64,000 nt of DNA, taken from positions 576,001 to 640,000 of the forward strand of contig CAWGMQ010000011.1 of NCBI GenBank assembly GCA_963823665.1, given 5' to 3'. The stretch is from an uncultured Planctomycetota bacterium. GTDB lineage: Bacteria; Planctomycetota; Planctomycetia; Isosphaerales; Isosphaeraceae. The translations under genes were made by a program, and so were the position numbers. Position 1 is the stretch's first letter; every line of letters starts with the position of its first letter. The notes under the pieces are model-generated. The model did no database searches, was not told where the DNA came from, and worked only from the letters and a program-made list of their open reading frames with translations. This document shows positions 40,830 through 52,310 of the stretch, piece by piece.

Positions 40830-41614
40830 TCATTGCAATCGCAACCCGCGCCGTGTCAAGGCGGCGCGGACCATCGCGGCGTATTCGGCTGAATCCGAGG
40901 CGCAGCGTTTGAGATGTGCGTCGATGGCGAGCACGCGATTTTCGCATTTCGCGTCGGAATGGCTAGCGAGTTTGTCCGCGAGCAACTCGCGGCATTCGAG
41001 CAGCTCCTGAATGCCCGCGAGCCAATCCCTCCGTTTTTCAACGATTGGCTCACGATTCAGGTCCAGCGCGTCGATCGTCACCGTTCCCTGCTGATTTCCA
41101 TCAATTGGCGCACGTATTCTTCATTGAATTCGAGGAAGCGGCGTGGGTCGTCCTGTGCCGGATGGATGAACAACGGCCGTTCGCCGTTGATGTCATCGTG
41201 GTGTGATTTTGCCCTTCGGCTCTCGTCGAACAGCGGGAAGGAATTCCGCTTGTGACGTTGGTTGCAGATCTGACAACAGAAGAGCAGGTTGCCCCAGTCG
41301 TAGGCCAACCAGTAATAGCCAGGCCGAACGAGAGCATCCTCGGGGGTCTTTCGGTATCCGGCCTTTGGTCGAAAATGCTCGACATCGCCGAACGCGACGT
41401 GGGCAATCTTCGACTCACAGAACGCACATTTGTCGTGTTGCGCCTTCCGCAAGGCCGACTTCACGGACTTCGCAGAGTAGATTCTCGAGTCGAACTCCCA
41501 GCTTTTCGTGGTAGCAAAGTCGCTGTCGTAGTCGGCGCAAAGCCGCAGCGTTGCGGCTTTGCCACGGTGTTCCAGGACGGCAGGAGCCTTCGTCGGCTTT
41601 TCGATCCGAATCAC
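40830..41614 (-). CDS. ptuB: HNH endonuclease, PtuB/TIGR02646-like, single-base frameshift near 41108
   Basis: KCAFCE, DVEHFRPK, LAYDWGNLLFCCQICNQRHK. Restoring one base gives YVRxIDGNQQGTVTIDALDLNR. GTGA overlap with the ATPase. Confidence 0.75.
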
Positions 41615-42990
41615 TTCTTTGTGCTTTGTTTCTGCTTCAAGATCTCGAGGGATTGTTGGATCAGCTTCATTGTTTTCGCTTGCTCGAATGACTCACCGGT
41701 GGGTAAGTGTCCGAGCTCCGTGTCGATTCTCTTCAATTCTTCCTGCTCCGACTTCGTCAGCTTGGGTTTCGTGAGCAACTCCTTGCGCCGGAGCAACGGT
41801 CGCTCGAACTCCGGTGGCCGCGCGGTTTCGAGTCCGAACAAGTCGCTGGTCAGGATCTGGTCGATTCTCCAGCCGCGGATCGTTTCCGGGTTGTTCTCGA
41901 TGACGACGTGGTCGCCTTCGCGCTTGAGCAAGGCGATGTTGGCGTCGCCTGCCGACTGGACGATCAGTGGGCTATGCGCCGTGGCGATGAATTGCGTGTT
42001 GGGAAATCGCTCGGTCAAGAATCCGATCAGTTCTCTCTGCCACTTCGGGTGCAGATGCAAGTCAATTTCGTCGACCAAGACGACGGCTGGCTCGGCGAGC
42101 GGGTTGGGACTGTCGGGGTAATGTTCGACCAGGCGACTTGCGAGGTCGACAATCCAGGATATCATCGTGCGGTAGCCATAGCCGAGGTTACTGAGGTGGA
42201 CCCAGCCGTAGGGCGTCTTGAACTCGACTTTGGGCGAGGGCATCACCTCGACTGGCGCGCTGAACCTGATGTCGAACACGTCTGGCAACAGATTGATCAA
42301 TATGCCTTTGACCAGCTCCAGGCGTTCGGCCTGCTGCACCTGAATGCGGGATTGTTTACTGGCGGAATAATCAAGCCGCAGTAGCCACTCTTCGGCGTTG
42401 AGGAGCGCAGTCTCCTCGAAAAAAATCCCTTCGTGTTCTTGTTGATATTCGTCGCGTTGCAACGAGCCTGGCCGCGATCTGCGTCCAGCACCATAGGCGT
42501 AACAAACTACCGGATCGACGGTGTCAATACGGGCTGGGATTGGCATTTCTCGAGTACAATCCCAAGTCCACACATGGGTGCGCATGCGATTGGCAGTGCC
42601 GGTCAATTTTAGGCGGTCGACCGTTTTAACGGAGATATGTGGCGTGCGATTCCCTTCCGTGCGCACGAATCTCTCAATTCCAGGTGCGAGGATTTCCAAT
42701 TCGTCGCGGGTGTTGACGCTGTAGATAAACCCACTCCGAAGGCCAAACAGTCCGCTGTACGCAGCGAGAAGCTGCAGTGTGGTCGACTTCCCGGTTCCAT
42801 TTTCTCCCAGAAGAATCGTCCATTGCGCAGGTCGACCGTTGCGGTCGGATAGATCGAGGGTTTGTTTTGCTGAAAAGCAGCGAACATTCTCAATCTCAAA
42901 GGACAAGAAATAGGCCCCGGTCGTCGGGCGCGATTGTCTCCAATTCGCGGACCCGTTTTGGGAGGGTCTTCTGGTCTTTTGTTTGCGCAT
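41611..42990 (-). CDS. ptuA: ABC/AAA_21 ATPase, PtuA-like
   Basis: IENVRCF, Walker A GENGTGKST, LSNLGYGY, VLVDEIDLHLHPKWQR, QFIATAHSPLIV. Lower GC than its neighbours. Confidence 0.78.
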   Translation of the reverse strand: MRKQKTRRPSQNGSANWRQSRPTTGAYFLSFEIENVRCFSAKQTLDLSDRNGRPAQWTILLGENGTGKSTTLQLLAAYSGLFGLRSGFIYSVNTRDELEILAPGIERFVRTEGNRTPHISVKTVDRLKLTGTANRMRTHVWTWDCTREMPIPARIDTVDPVVCYAYGAGRRSRPGSLQRDEYQQEHEGIFFEETALLNAEEWLLRLDYSASKQSRIQVQQAERLELVKGILINLLPDVFDIRFSAPVEVMPSPKVEFKTPYGWVHLSNLGYGYRTMISWIVDLASRLVEHYPDSPNPLAEPAVVLVDEIDLHLHPKWQRELIGFLTERFPNTQFIATAHSPLIVQSAGDANIALLKREGDHVVIENNPETIRGWRIDQILTSDLFGLETARPPEFERPLLRRKELLTKPKLTKSEQEELKRIDTELGHLPTGESFEQAKTMKLIQQSLEILKQKQSTKK

Positions 42991-43101
42991 GTCTGACCTT
43001 CGCTAACGCCCATCACAATTCGAGGGTTATCCGATTCTACACGAATCCGGTCCGCGTGCGATCTGGATTCTCCCAGTCCGGGTGGGAGAACTGTGTGAGC
43101 G

Positions 43102-43210
43102 GGAGACCTTCGGTCAAGCGGACGGCGGGGTCGGAGAGCCTCGCCGAACGCAGGGAGCCGGAGACCTTCGGTCGAGGGGGCGGCGGGGTCGGTCGACCCG
43201 CGCTGAATCG
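43102..43210. repeat. Two tandem ~50-bp REP-like units (GGAGACCTTCGGTC...GGCGGGGTCGG)
   Basis: Units at 43102-43150 and 43160-43210. A related motif (GAGACTCGCGCCGAACG) lies near 60157-60173. Confidence 0.65.
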
Positions 43211-43335
43211 AGAATCGAGGTTGACGAATGTGCTTGAATGGTTAACTTGGGCGACGGATCGGTCGGTCGTTGGAGTCTTCGCGCGGGTTGAGGGCCAGGT
43301 CAGCCGATCGAGGCGTCGAAGGAGCGACCGGCATA

Positions 43336-44265
43336 ATGCGCGGCTTTGCGATCGGATGCTGCTGGCTCGTGCTCTCGACAGCGTTTCTGAGTCTGGGCTG
43401 GGCATCGATCGGTCACGCCGACGTGATTTACTCCGGCGACGGCGCCTCGGCCCAAGCCAGCGTGCTCGATCAATTTTCGCAGCAAGTCGGGGCGAGCCCG
43501 GCGTCGATCAATTCGACGGCGACGATCAATTACACGCAGTTTCCCTCGACGCCCGCGACGGTGGTTGTATCGGAGTCGGGCTACGCGGCCGCGACCCCGG
43601 GGGGCGCGAACCTGCTTCAAATCAGCAGCACGTATTCATCGCCGTATGCGCCACAGACTGTCGGCGCCTCGCGTCCCGATCCCGATCCCTATATCGCGGC
43701 AAGCTGGTCCAACGTCGCCGCGACGGTGAGCGGACCCGCCGGGAGCTCGCTGCCGAGCGACATTCGGTTGGAATTCCAGGTGACTTATACTCCGCAGAGC
43801 CAGTTGAGTCAGTATGGAGTGGCATCGATCGGAATCACGGCGCAGACCCTGAATGTGAACGGCAGGAGCCTGACTCTAACCGATGCCGGAGTACCGCTTC
43901 AGGCGGGCATGCCGGCGGTTGTGGCCAGATCGGATGGGTCGCTCACTGGCTCGTTTTCTGTGGATCTGCCTCTTTCCTCAGCGGGAACGAGCAATCAATT
44001 CAACCTGGGGCTCGTATACAACCCGATCGGCTTGCTGAACCACACGCCGACGCCGATGTCGGAAGGGATGACGCTTTCGCTCACGGGGATTCTCTTGCCA
44101 AACGGAATGCCGATCTCGTCGGAAGGTTACAACGTCACGTTTGATTCGGGGCTGCCGGCGCCGGTGGTGCCAGCTCCCGAGCCGACGACCTGGATGCTCT
44201 GGTGCGCGGTGGCTGCGATCGGCGTGCTGAATCGGGTGAGACCGCGATGCGCGGCAGAGGGGTGA
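43336..44265 (+). CDS. PEP-CTERM-type exported protein
   Basis: Signal peptide ending GHA-DVIY, Ser/Thr-rich body, C-terminal APEPTTWMLWCAVAAIGVLNRVRPR. Confidence 0.82.
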   Translation: MRGFAIGCCWLVLSTAFLSLGWASIGHADVIYSGDGASAQASVLDQFSQQVGASPASINSTATINYTQFPSTPATVVVSESGYAAATPGGANLLQISSTYSSPYAPQTVGASRPDPDPYIAASWSNVAATVSGPAGSSLPSDIRLEFQVTYTPQSQLSQYGVASIGITAQTLNVNGRSLTLTDAGVPLQAGMPAVVARSDGSLTGSFSVDLPLSSAGTSNQFNLGLVYNPIGLLNHTPTPMSEGMTLSLTGILLPNGMPISSEGYNVTFDSGLPAPVVPAPEPTTWMLWCAVAAIGVLNRVRPRCAAEG

Positions 44266-44368
44266 TCGCCGGCCTTGAGCGTAGGTCCGATCGTCCGCGG
44301 TGGTCGCACTGACGTGCGAGGCTGGAGGTTCTCCGTCCGAACCACAGGCTCACGACCGTGGTCACGAC

Positions 44369-45770
44369 TCACGACTCTCTCGCGGGTCCTGATTGACCGA
44401 GCTCTTCTAACTTCCGATAGAGTGAAGACAGACCCAGGCCCAGGCGCTTGGCGGCTTCGCGCTTGTCGCTGGCGCACTCGCGCAGGACGCGCTCGATGTG
44501 CAGGCGCTCGTACTTTCGGACCGCGGCGCGGAGGTCGTCGCCGGGGTCTTCGGTGTCGCCGGGGGAGATCAGGCCGGGGGGGAAATCATCGGGGGTCAGG
44601 ATCGGGCCTTCACTGAACAAGACCGCCCGCTCGAGGGCGTTGTCGAGCTCGCGCACGTTTCCCGGCCAGGCAGCGGTCATCAGGCCACGAATCGTCGCGG
44701 TTGTCAACGCCGTCGATCCGCTTGCCCAGGCTCGTCGCGTGCTTGGCGATCAACATCGCCACGAGCGACGGGATGTCTTCGCGGCGATCGGAGAGGGGAG
44801 GCAAGTGAATGCAGACGACGTTCAGGCGGTAATATAAATCAGCGCGAAACCGATCGGCGGCGACCTCGGCCGCCAGATCCTTGTTGGTGGCCGTCACGAT
44901 CCGGGCCTGAAAGGAGACCGGCCTGGTTGCACCAATGGGCAAGACCTCTCGATTCTCGATCGTGCGCAACAGCTTGGCCTGCGTCGATCGCGCCAGCTCG
45001 CCGATCTCGTCAAGGAACACCGTGCCCCGGCCCGCGGCGACGAACAAACCTTCCTGGTCGCCGGATGCCCCGGTGTAGGCGCCCCGGACGTGGCCGAAGA
45101 GCTGGTTCTCCAGCAGCTCGTGCGGGATCGCCGCGCAGTTCACCGCAAGGAACATTTCTTCCGGCGCCGGCCCGTGCGCATGCAGCGCGCGGGCCACCAG
45201 CTCCTTGCCGGTTCCCGTCTCGCCCGTGATCAGAACCATGGTGCGGGAGGGTGCAACCTTCTGGATCAAACTCTTGACGTCCGCAATGGCGGGACTCTCG
45301 CCCACCAGGGGGTCGGGGTCTCCCTGAGCGTGGAGCTGGCGACGGAGTGCCTGGTTTTCCCTGAGGAGCCGCTGGAGACAAAGCAGCCGCTCGAGACGGG
45401 CGATCAAGTCTTCGAAGAGCACCGGCTTCATCAGGTAGTCATGAGCACCGCGCCGGAACGCGGCGACGGCACTCTCGACCGTTGCAAAAGCGGTGATCAT
45501 GATGAAAAGAGTTTCGGGGCGGAGCTCGAGTGTGCGGTTCAGGACGGTGATCCCATCGGCGCCGGGCAACTGAATGTCGCAGAGGACGATCTCCGGCTCG
45601 AATGATTCGACTTGCGCGAGAGCGGAGGGAAGGTCTGTGGCCGTGGCGGCCTCGAAGCCCTCGCCTTGGAGGAATTCCCGGAGAGTTGAGGCGATCACTT
45701 CCTCGTCATCCACGATCAGGATGCGGCCGCGGGGGGGAGAATCGGTCGGTTTTTTTGGGGGGGGCGGCAT
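44369..45770 (-). CDS. Sigma-54-dependent response regulator (NtrC/AtoC family), frameshift near 44700
   Basis: ILIVDDE receiver, GETGTGKE, GAYTGA, FLDEIGEL, WPGNVRELDN, Fis-type HTH. Confidence 0.92.
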
Positions 45771-47197
45771 TTGGTTTTTCGGGTCGTCGGATCAGGATCA
45801 GCATTAAGATTGGGATTAGGATTAAGATTAAGCTCAGGATTAAGATTATGGGTCAACTTGTTGTAGCTCGCGCGGGGGTGCGACGTGCTCGCTGCGCGAT
45901 TTGTCGGGCGTTCTAGCGGCAGACGGACCACGAAGGTTGAACCCTCGCCGGGCTCGGAGATGAATCGCCAGTGTGCCGGAGAACTCCTGGAGGATCTGGC
46001 GGCTGACGAAGAGGCCCAGGCCGGTGCCATGCGCCTTCGTGGTGAAATAGGGCTGGAATAGGCGGCAGCGGTCGGCAATCGAGATGCCGCGGCCGTCGTC
46101 TTCGACTGAGAGGACAAGGTGGCCGTCTTCGTCCTTGGCGGAGACGTGAATCCGGCCCTGGTCGGCTGTTGCGTCAACTGCGTTCAGAACGAGGTTGAGC
46201 ACGACCTGGGTCAGGTAGTCGCGCACGCCGACGACGGCCGGCAAATCGGTGGGGACTTCGGTCGTGATCGAGCGCTGCTTGGTGCGCTGATAGTACTTGG
46301 CGATTCCGAGGGCTTCGTCAACGACCTCGGCCACACGCACCCGGCTCACCGCGGTCGATGCGGGTCGCGAGAAGTCGATCAGCTCGCGGATCGTCCGTTC
46401 GATGCGCTGCAACTGCCGAGCGGCCAGGTCGAGCTTCTCGGCGGTGTAGGAGTCAGGCCCGCGCCGCTTGAGAATCTGAACGAGCGAGCTGAGGCCGCCA
46501 GTGGATTGCCCACTTCGTGCGCGATGCCCGCGGCCAGCAGGCCGAACGCTGCCATTTTTTCCTGGTGAATGACTCGAGCCTGCGAGGCGCGCAGCGCGTC
46601 GGTGCGTTCTTCCACTCGTTCTTCCAGGTCTTCGCGAATCGAGGCCAGCTCGTGATTCAAGTGTTCGAGCTTCTGGCGGGCGGCATGCAGGGAGCCCGCA
46701 AGGGATGAACACGCCCAGGTCGCCCAGGCCATGATGGTCCAGGTCAGGGGAAGGGTTGAATCCCAGAGCGATGCGACGCCCAGGATTCGGCCGAGGGCCA
46801 GGAGGGTCAGGCTATGAAACGCAAATGTCCACCAGGCCACGGCCGAGCTGAAGCGGATCGAGCAGCAGATCAGCGAGAGCAGGTAATACCAGCGAAAGGG
46901 ACTGGACAGGCCCGTGTCGTGATAGCAGAGAAGCGCGATGAAGACCGACTCCATGAGTGAGACGAAGAGCGGCCAGCGCTTGAGGAAGACTTCACCCATC
47001 CGCCAGAAGGCGAGGTCAAGCGCGGCATAACCGGCGCCGAGCGCCAGAAAGGCCCGCACGGCCCACGGATCGTGGAGGCCGGTGCGGGTCTGGACAAGGA
47101 TATAGCCCATGACGACGCCGAACCAGCGGAGCTTGACCACGGCTGACTCGGCCGAAAGCTCCCAGCGCGATCGCTCGGGCAAACCATCTGTGATCAA
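45716..47197 (-). CDS. Membrane sensor histidine kinase (NtrB/AtoS-like), two frameshifts
   Basis: TM N-terminus, H-box AAGIAHEVGNPL, QVVLNLVLNAVDA, VEDDGRGI, FQPYFTTK, GTGLGL, SEPGEGSTF. Both ends are approximate. Confidence 0.88.
45790..45849. repeat. Degenerate hexamer array (GATTAA/GATCAG/GATTAG), about 10 units
   Basis: GATCAG GATCAG CATTAA GATTGG GATTAG GATTAA GATTAA GCTCAG GATTAA GATTAT. Confidence 0.85.
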
Positions 47198-47506
47198 TTG
47201 CCGCTCCGCAGGAGGTTGCGATTCGAGCCGCGCGCCACGTATAACGTATCCACAATGGGAGCTGTGGCGCGGCCGGGCACCATTCATTATAGGCAGCAAT
47301 CGAGCGAGGGCGCAGCGCCAAGCGTCACTTCCTCGAATTTGGCGGTCGCATGTCGGGTCAGGCGGGCAATTCCGGATAAAGGGTGGGAGAGTACGCAAAG
47401 AGCAAAGCTTTACCGATCGACGCTCGGTCGTTTGCCTTTGGTTCGGATTCGTCCTGCCCGAATCTGCGGCATTTATCCACTCAGTCAGGGCGAGAAAGAG
47501 CCGACG

Positions 47507-48001
47507 ATGTCGAAAACCGCGAACAGCACGCTTGCGAGCACGACAGTAACCACACCTCGCGCGACTCAGACGATGTCGAAAACTGCGAACACCAAGCCTA
47601 CGGTCACGACCGTGACCATACCTCGCGCGACTCAGATGACTTACGCGACCGGGCAGCCGTTTGTGATCACGCTGGACATTACCGGTGCCCCGAGCGTGAG
47701 CTTCGTTCAGGCCGTCAAGACCGAGACGGGGTATTCGAATACCCCGTGGGCGCTCTGGAGTAGCAACACCGACAACCAATCCGTGTCTGGGACCACGTTG
47801 CTGACGCTGATTCTGGCAGCTCAGCGCGGCTTGCCCACGATTGTTCCAGGGAGGGAGCGCTCAGTTAATTCCGATTCCCACAAAGTGACAGTCACTGGCG
47901 GTACGGGAACTTTGACCATCACCCTGACGTCGCCTGCGGCACCGATCACGGTTCCGGTTGTCGTCGAACCGACGGGGCCCTGTGATTTCTGTCCGTGCTA
48001 A
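47507..48001 (+). CDS. Thr-rich hypothetical protein with a 22-aa N-terminal duplication and C-terminal CDFCPC
   Basis: GAAAGAG RBS-like sequence. 66-bp tandem duplication at 47503-47634. Confidence 0.6.
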   Translation: MSKTANSTLASTTVTTPRATQTMSKTANTKPTVTTVTIPRATQMTYATGQPFVITLDITGAPSVSFVQAVKTETGYSNTPWALWSSNTDNQSVSGTTLLTLILAAQRGLPTIVPGRERSVNSDSHKVTVTGGTGTLTITLTSPAAPITVPVVVEPTGPCDFCPC

Positions 48002-48045
48002 GCCCATTGCGCAAACGATCTGAGGCAATCGTGCGGGTTTCTGTT

Positions 48046-50900
48046 TCATTTGAGATTGGCGCGCTCGGTGTCGACGATTTTGAGTAGTTTGTGGTCGAGC
48101 TGACTCTCTGGATTGGCGGCAATCGCCAGGCTGTGGGCTTGCGCGGCCTGTTCAAAGAGCGCGCGGGCGGCGTCGCGATTTCCGCGTGCGGATTCGATGC
48201 GTGCGAGATTGGCGAGGGTGCGGCCGTGGTGACTGTGGTAGTCGAAGATTGGGCGAGCTTTGAGCAGATCCCGAAGCAGTCTCTGCGCTGTTTCGCAGTC
48301 TGCGCTGGCCCGTTCGAGAAGCTTGGTCGCATTGCTCCGATCGCTGGCAGCTTGCGCGAGAGCGAGCGCGAGGAGCATTCCGCCTCGACCGTTGCATGCG
48401 ACCGCGACTTCGCGGCGAAGCTGAGGGATACCGGGGTAGGCATTCGCGAGTGGGACCATGATGCGCTTTGCACTTTCGAACGCGGTCATGGCCTCGGACC
48501 GGCGCCTGACGTCGTCGGCGAGCAGCTCTCCGCGGTGATTGAGGACGGCGGCGTAGACGCGCTTGATGTCGGGACTACTGTACTTCGCGTCGAGAGCACT
48601 TGCGCCGGCGATCGCCTGGTCGCAGAGTCGTAGTGCCTCGGTGCTGTTTCCCAGCTCGCGCTCGGTGAAGCTCAGGTTGCCTCGAGCCATGACGAGGAGG
48701 AGCTGGTTGATGGGTTCATCGCCAAGAGCGGCGCCGGGCGCGGAGAGGAGCTCGATTGCCCGCGTTCCTGAAGCCCGCGCGTCCGGGTAACGGCCACTGT
48801 CGTTCTGGGCATTGGCGAGGTTCAAGAAGGCGATCGCGCCAATCTGTTTCTGGATGCCGGCTGCGGGAATGGAGCGTCGGGGGCGTCCACCAGGTCGAGG
48901 GCCAGTTGAGCAAAAGACCGGGATGGCTTGGGCAGGCCGTTCATCGCGTACAGCTCGCCGGTGTCGATGGTATTCGACACGGCCTCCTCGCGAATCTGCG
49001 GGTTGGACGGAGACTCCTTCATAAGCAGCTCGAGGAAACCTGTGGCTTCCTGGTACAAGGGGAGAGGCTCGTCGAACTGGCCGATCATCCGCCCGATGTT
49101 GGCGGTGACGCGCAAGACTTTCGCCATGTCGAGGCGCACGTTCGCGTCGTGTGGCTGCGAGTCGAGGAACTCGCGTGAAGTGCCGAGTGCTTTTTCGGCG
49201 AGCTGCTTGCGGACATCCTCCGAGCCATTCACGTAGGCGAGGCGGTTGCCGGCGAGCTCGACAAGCTCGCGAACGGCCGCGCGCGCTTTGGCGAAGTTGT
49301 CGTCCGACTGCATCCTGGCAGCGTGCTCGGCGGATCGTGCGGCGTTCTCATTGCGAAGAGCTCTGGCCACGAGCGCTGCGGCGAGAGAGGAGACGAGGGC
49401 CACGAGCAAGAGCGCGGCGGCCGCAGCCTGGGCGGAAGTGCGATGGTGCCGGGTCCAGCGCGCGAGGCGCTCACTGTCGGATTCGCGATAGGCGCTCACC
49501 GGCTCGTCGGCGAGCCAGTGCTTGACTTCGTCGGCAAGTTCTCGCACGGACGAATAACGATCATCCGGTGCGATGGCCATCGCCTTCAAGCATACGGCCT
49601 CGAGTGCGGGCGAGACGTCGGGATTCTTCGCACGCGGCCGAGGGAACCGGCCAGCGATGATATCGCCGATGACTCTGGGTAGGTCTTGCTGCTCATCTTC
49701 GGTGGTTTCACGATTGCCGGGAGCGATCGATGGGGCGCCCGTCAGAAGATTGTAAAGAACCGCGCCCAGGGCGTAGACGTCGCTGCGCGGCCCGATTCTA
49801 GCGTCCTGGCCGCGAGCCTGCTCGGGAGGCATGAAGCCGATGGTGCCGTGGGTGGCGCCGCTCCATGTGCGCCATTCCTCGGTTGCCGATTGCGGTCGCA
49901 GTCTCGGCTCGATCTGACGAGCATCGGTGTCTGCGACCTGGTCGATCAGCTTGGCGAGGCCCCAGTCGACAACCAGTGTTTCGCCAAAGCGGCCGAGCAT
50001 GACGTTGCCCGGTTTCAGGTCGCGATGCAAGATCCCGCGGTGGTGAGCGTAGTCGACCGCGTCGCACACGTTGAGGAACCGGTCGAGGAGCTCGCGGAAA
50101 TCGAGATCGTGCCTGGTCTGCCGGGGACTCGACGCGCTACGGGCATGAAACTCCGTGATGGCATCGCGAAGGGTCCGGTCGGCTAACAGCCGCATTGCGT
50201 AGAACGGGCGTCCGTCCGGATAGCTGCCCAGGCCGTAGACTGGCACGATGCTCGGGTGCTCGAGCGCGCCGGTGATCTCGGCTTCGACGACGAAGCGCAA
50301 GCGGCTGAGGTGATCGCTCGCGTAGCGCGGACCGATCTCCTTGAGCGCGACGGTGCGGTGGAGCTCTTCGTCGGCGGCCTTGGAGATGATGCCCATGCCG
50401 CCCTCCTTGATTCGCTCCAGGATGCGGAAGCGATTGCCCGGGGACGTGCGGTTGCCCACGGTCGTGGAAGTTGATTCGAAGGGCGAGTCGCTGCGGCCGT
50501 CGGTTGTGGGGGCCGCAGCGCGCGCGGCCACAGCCGTTTGCAGCACGGGGTCACCGACCGTGAAGCGAAGGTCGCTGCCGCCTTCGGGGCGAAGGGTTCG
50601 AGTCGGCACGTCGGCGAATGCGGTGGCGATCGTGGCGGCGTCGTCCGGGAAGCGCGCGAGGTACTCCTCGGTGGTGGGTCGGTCGCCACGGGCGCGGCGG
50701 AGCTCCAGCTCGATGTCGAGCAGAGCAAGGAGCAGGGCCGAGCGCGATGACTGGCTGGCGTTCAACTTCACCAGGTAATCTTCGATTCTCGGGGATAGGC
50801 CGGCGCGAAAGGCCTGCTCGAATGCGTTGCAGATATCGTGGATCTGCGCGAGTGCTTCGAGAGGGAGCGAATCCTGGTCCGAGTTTTGTCCTGTGCTCAT
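48046..50900 (-). CDS. Ser/Thr protein kinase with TPR-like C-terminus, frameshift near 48840
   Basis: Planctomycete-type N-terminus (ICNAFEQA...PRIEDYL), EGGMG, HRDLKPGN, VVDWGLAK, GTIGFMPPEQ. Confidence 0.88.
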
Positions 50901-51083
50901 TTCAGGGCGTCTCCTGGCGCTTGCAGGTCTTGCGGATCGGGCGAAGGCGCATGGCCGATGATCGGTTCCAGGGACGGATTGGGCAAGAGGCCAGAAATTG
51001 AGCGGGCATTCGTGTATCGGCGCGAGGCAAGGGAAGTCGAGGGCGATCTCGCGTGGCCTTCGGCCGGAATCGCGCTTGAAGCA

Positions 51084-52214
51084 TCAACTAGCGGTCATTT
51101 CGGGGCCGGGCCTGGGGCCATCAAGACGACCTTTCCATCGAGCCAGACGTAATTCGATTTCAGTGGCGCCGGCCATCGAGACCTTGGTGAAGTTCGCGAT
51201 CGGCCGTGAGAACTGGAAGTCACGGTCTGTCCATCTGGGATCGAAGTCGATGTCGCGGAGCTCGATCCGATAGACGTACCGGCGCTCCGGTAACATGATG
51301 ACGTTTCCATCCTTATCCCGGGCCGGCAAGTCGACGGCGACGTGCTTGCCATTCTTTTCGACGACCGTCGATGAGAAGAGCGGCTGCGGTCCGACGGACC
51401 AGGTCGCCGTGGCTTCCGCCACCACATGGTGGCCTTTCTCCAGGCGGAATCGCGTGGCGTCGAATTGATGTGAGCGCAGCGTCGGGTCGTCTGCGGAGGC
51501 TCGTTTATCGAAACGGATCCTCCGCGCGGCATAGCCAAGAGCGGGGTCGATCCAAACCTCGATCTTGGTGTCCAATGTCAGCCCGCGCAGCCGGTAGAGC
51601 GGGCGTTTATCAAGTGTAACCGCCTGCACCGTGAGCTTTGCCGTCCGCAAGAAGTCGGGAATCCACTTCTGATCGATGATCCCGTAGCATGTCGCACAGG
51701 GCGAGCCGCCCAAGTGGTCTAACTTGCTCTGAGCCGACGGCTGGAGCCAGGCGAGAATTGTCCCATCGGCAAAGATGCTGACCTGTTGCTCCGCCTGCCA
51801 CAGGGTCTCGAAGACCTCGTGGCCTTTGTCGCTGTCCGTGGTCTGGACCAGCCTCAGGCGGCCTGGGTCGCGGAAGACGGACCATTCCTCGGTCGATTCC
51901 GCATGCTTCACCTCTTCATCCGGCTTGGATTTTTCAATGTGGAGGGTCCATCGTCCTTTCATACGATTGTACGGAGCCAGACTTGTCTCGTAGCTCCGCA
52001 CGAGCGCAGCCGGCTCAGGCTGGCTGACCCGGGACCGTGCCTCCGGCGCAGGCTGGCTGGTTGGCCTCTCCTGGGCGGCTGCCTCGGTTTGGTTGATCGG
52101 CTCGATGAGCCCGAGACCAAGAAAGACGACGAGCTTGATCAAAGCCGCGGACTTGCCAATCGTCGTCCTTACCATGGATTTCAGAACTCCTTCGGTGATG
52201 GATTTCTTCGACAT
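51084..52214 (-). CDS. Secreted hypothetical protein (possibly LolA-like beta fold)
   Basis: Signal/TM segment, EVWIDPALGYAARRI, beta-rich. The fold is a guess. Confidence 0.6.
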   Translation of the reverse strand: MSKKSITEGVLKSMVRTTIGKSAALIKLVVFLGLGLIEPINQTEAAAQERPTSQPAPEARSRVSQPEPAALVRSYETSLAPYNRMKGRWTLHIEKSKPDEEVKHAESTEEWSVFRDPGRLRLVQTTDSDKGHEVFETLWQAEQQVSIFADGTILAWLQPSAQSKLDHLGGSPCATCYGIIDQKWIPDFLRTAKLTVQAVTLDKRPLYRLRGLTLDTKIEVWIDPALGYAARRIRFDKRASADDPTLRSHQFDATRFRLEKGHHVVAEATATWSVGPQPLFSSTVVEKNGKHVAVDLPARDKDGNVIMLPERRYVYRIELRDIDFDPRWTDRDFQFSRPIANFTKVSMAGATEIELRLARWKGRLDGPRPGPEMTAS

Positions 52215-52310
52215 CCTCGTTCGATCCGATTATAATCCTGCCTGCGTCGCTCGCCACCGCGGGTGGGAAGCGGAGGGCGTGTCTGCGAAGTGCGCCCTGG
52301 TATGGAAAGA

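Noticed and set aside
42991..43335. Retron msr-msd upstream of PtuAB
   Set aside because: There is no reverse transcriptase in the window, and the structure is explained by tandem REP-like units.
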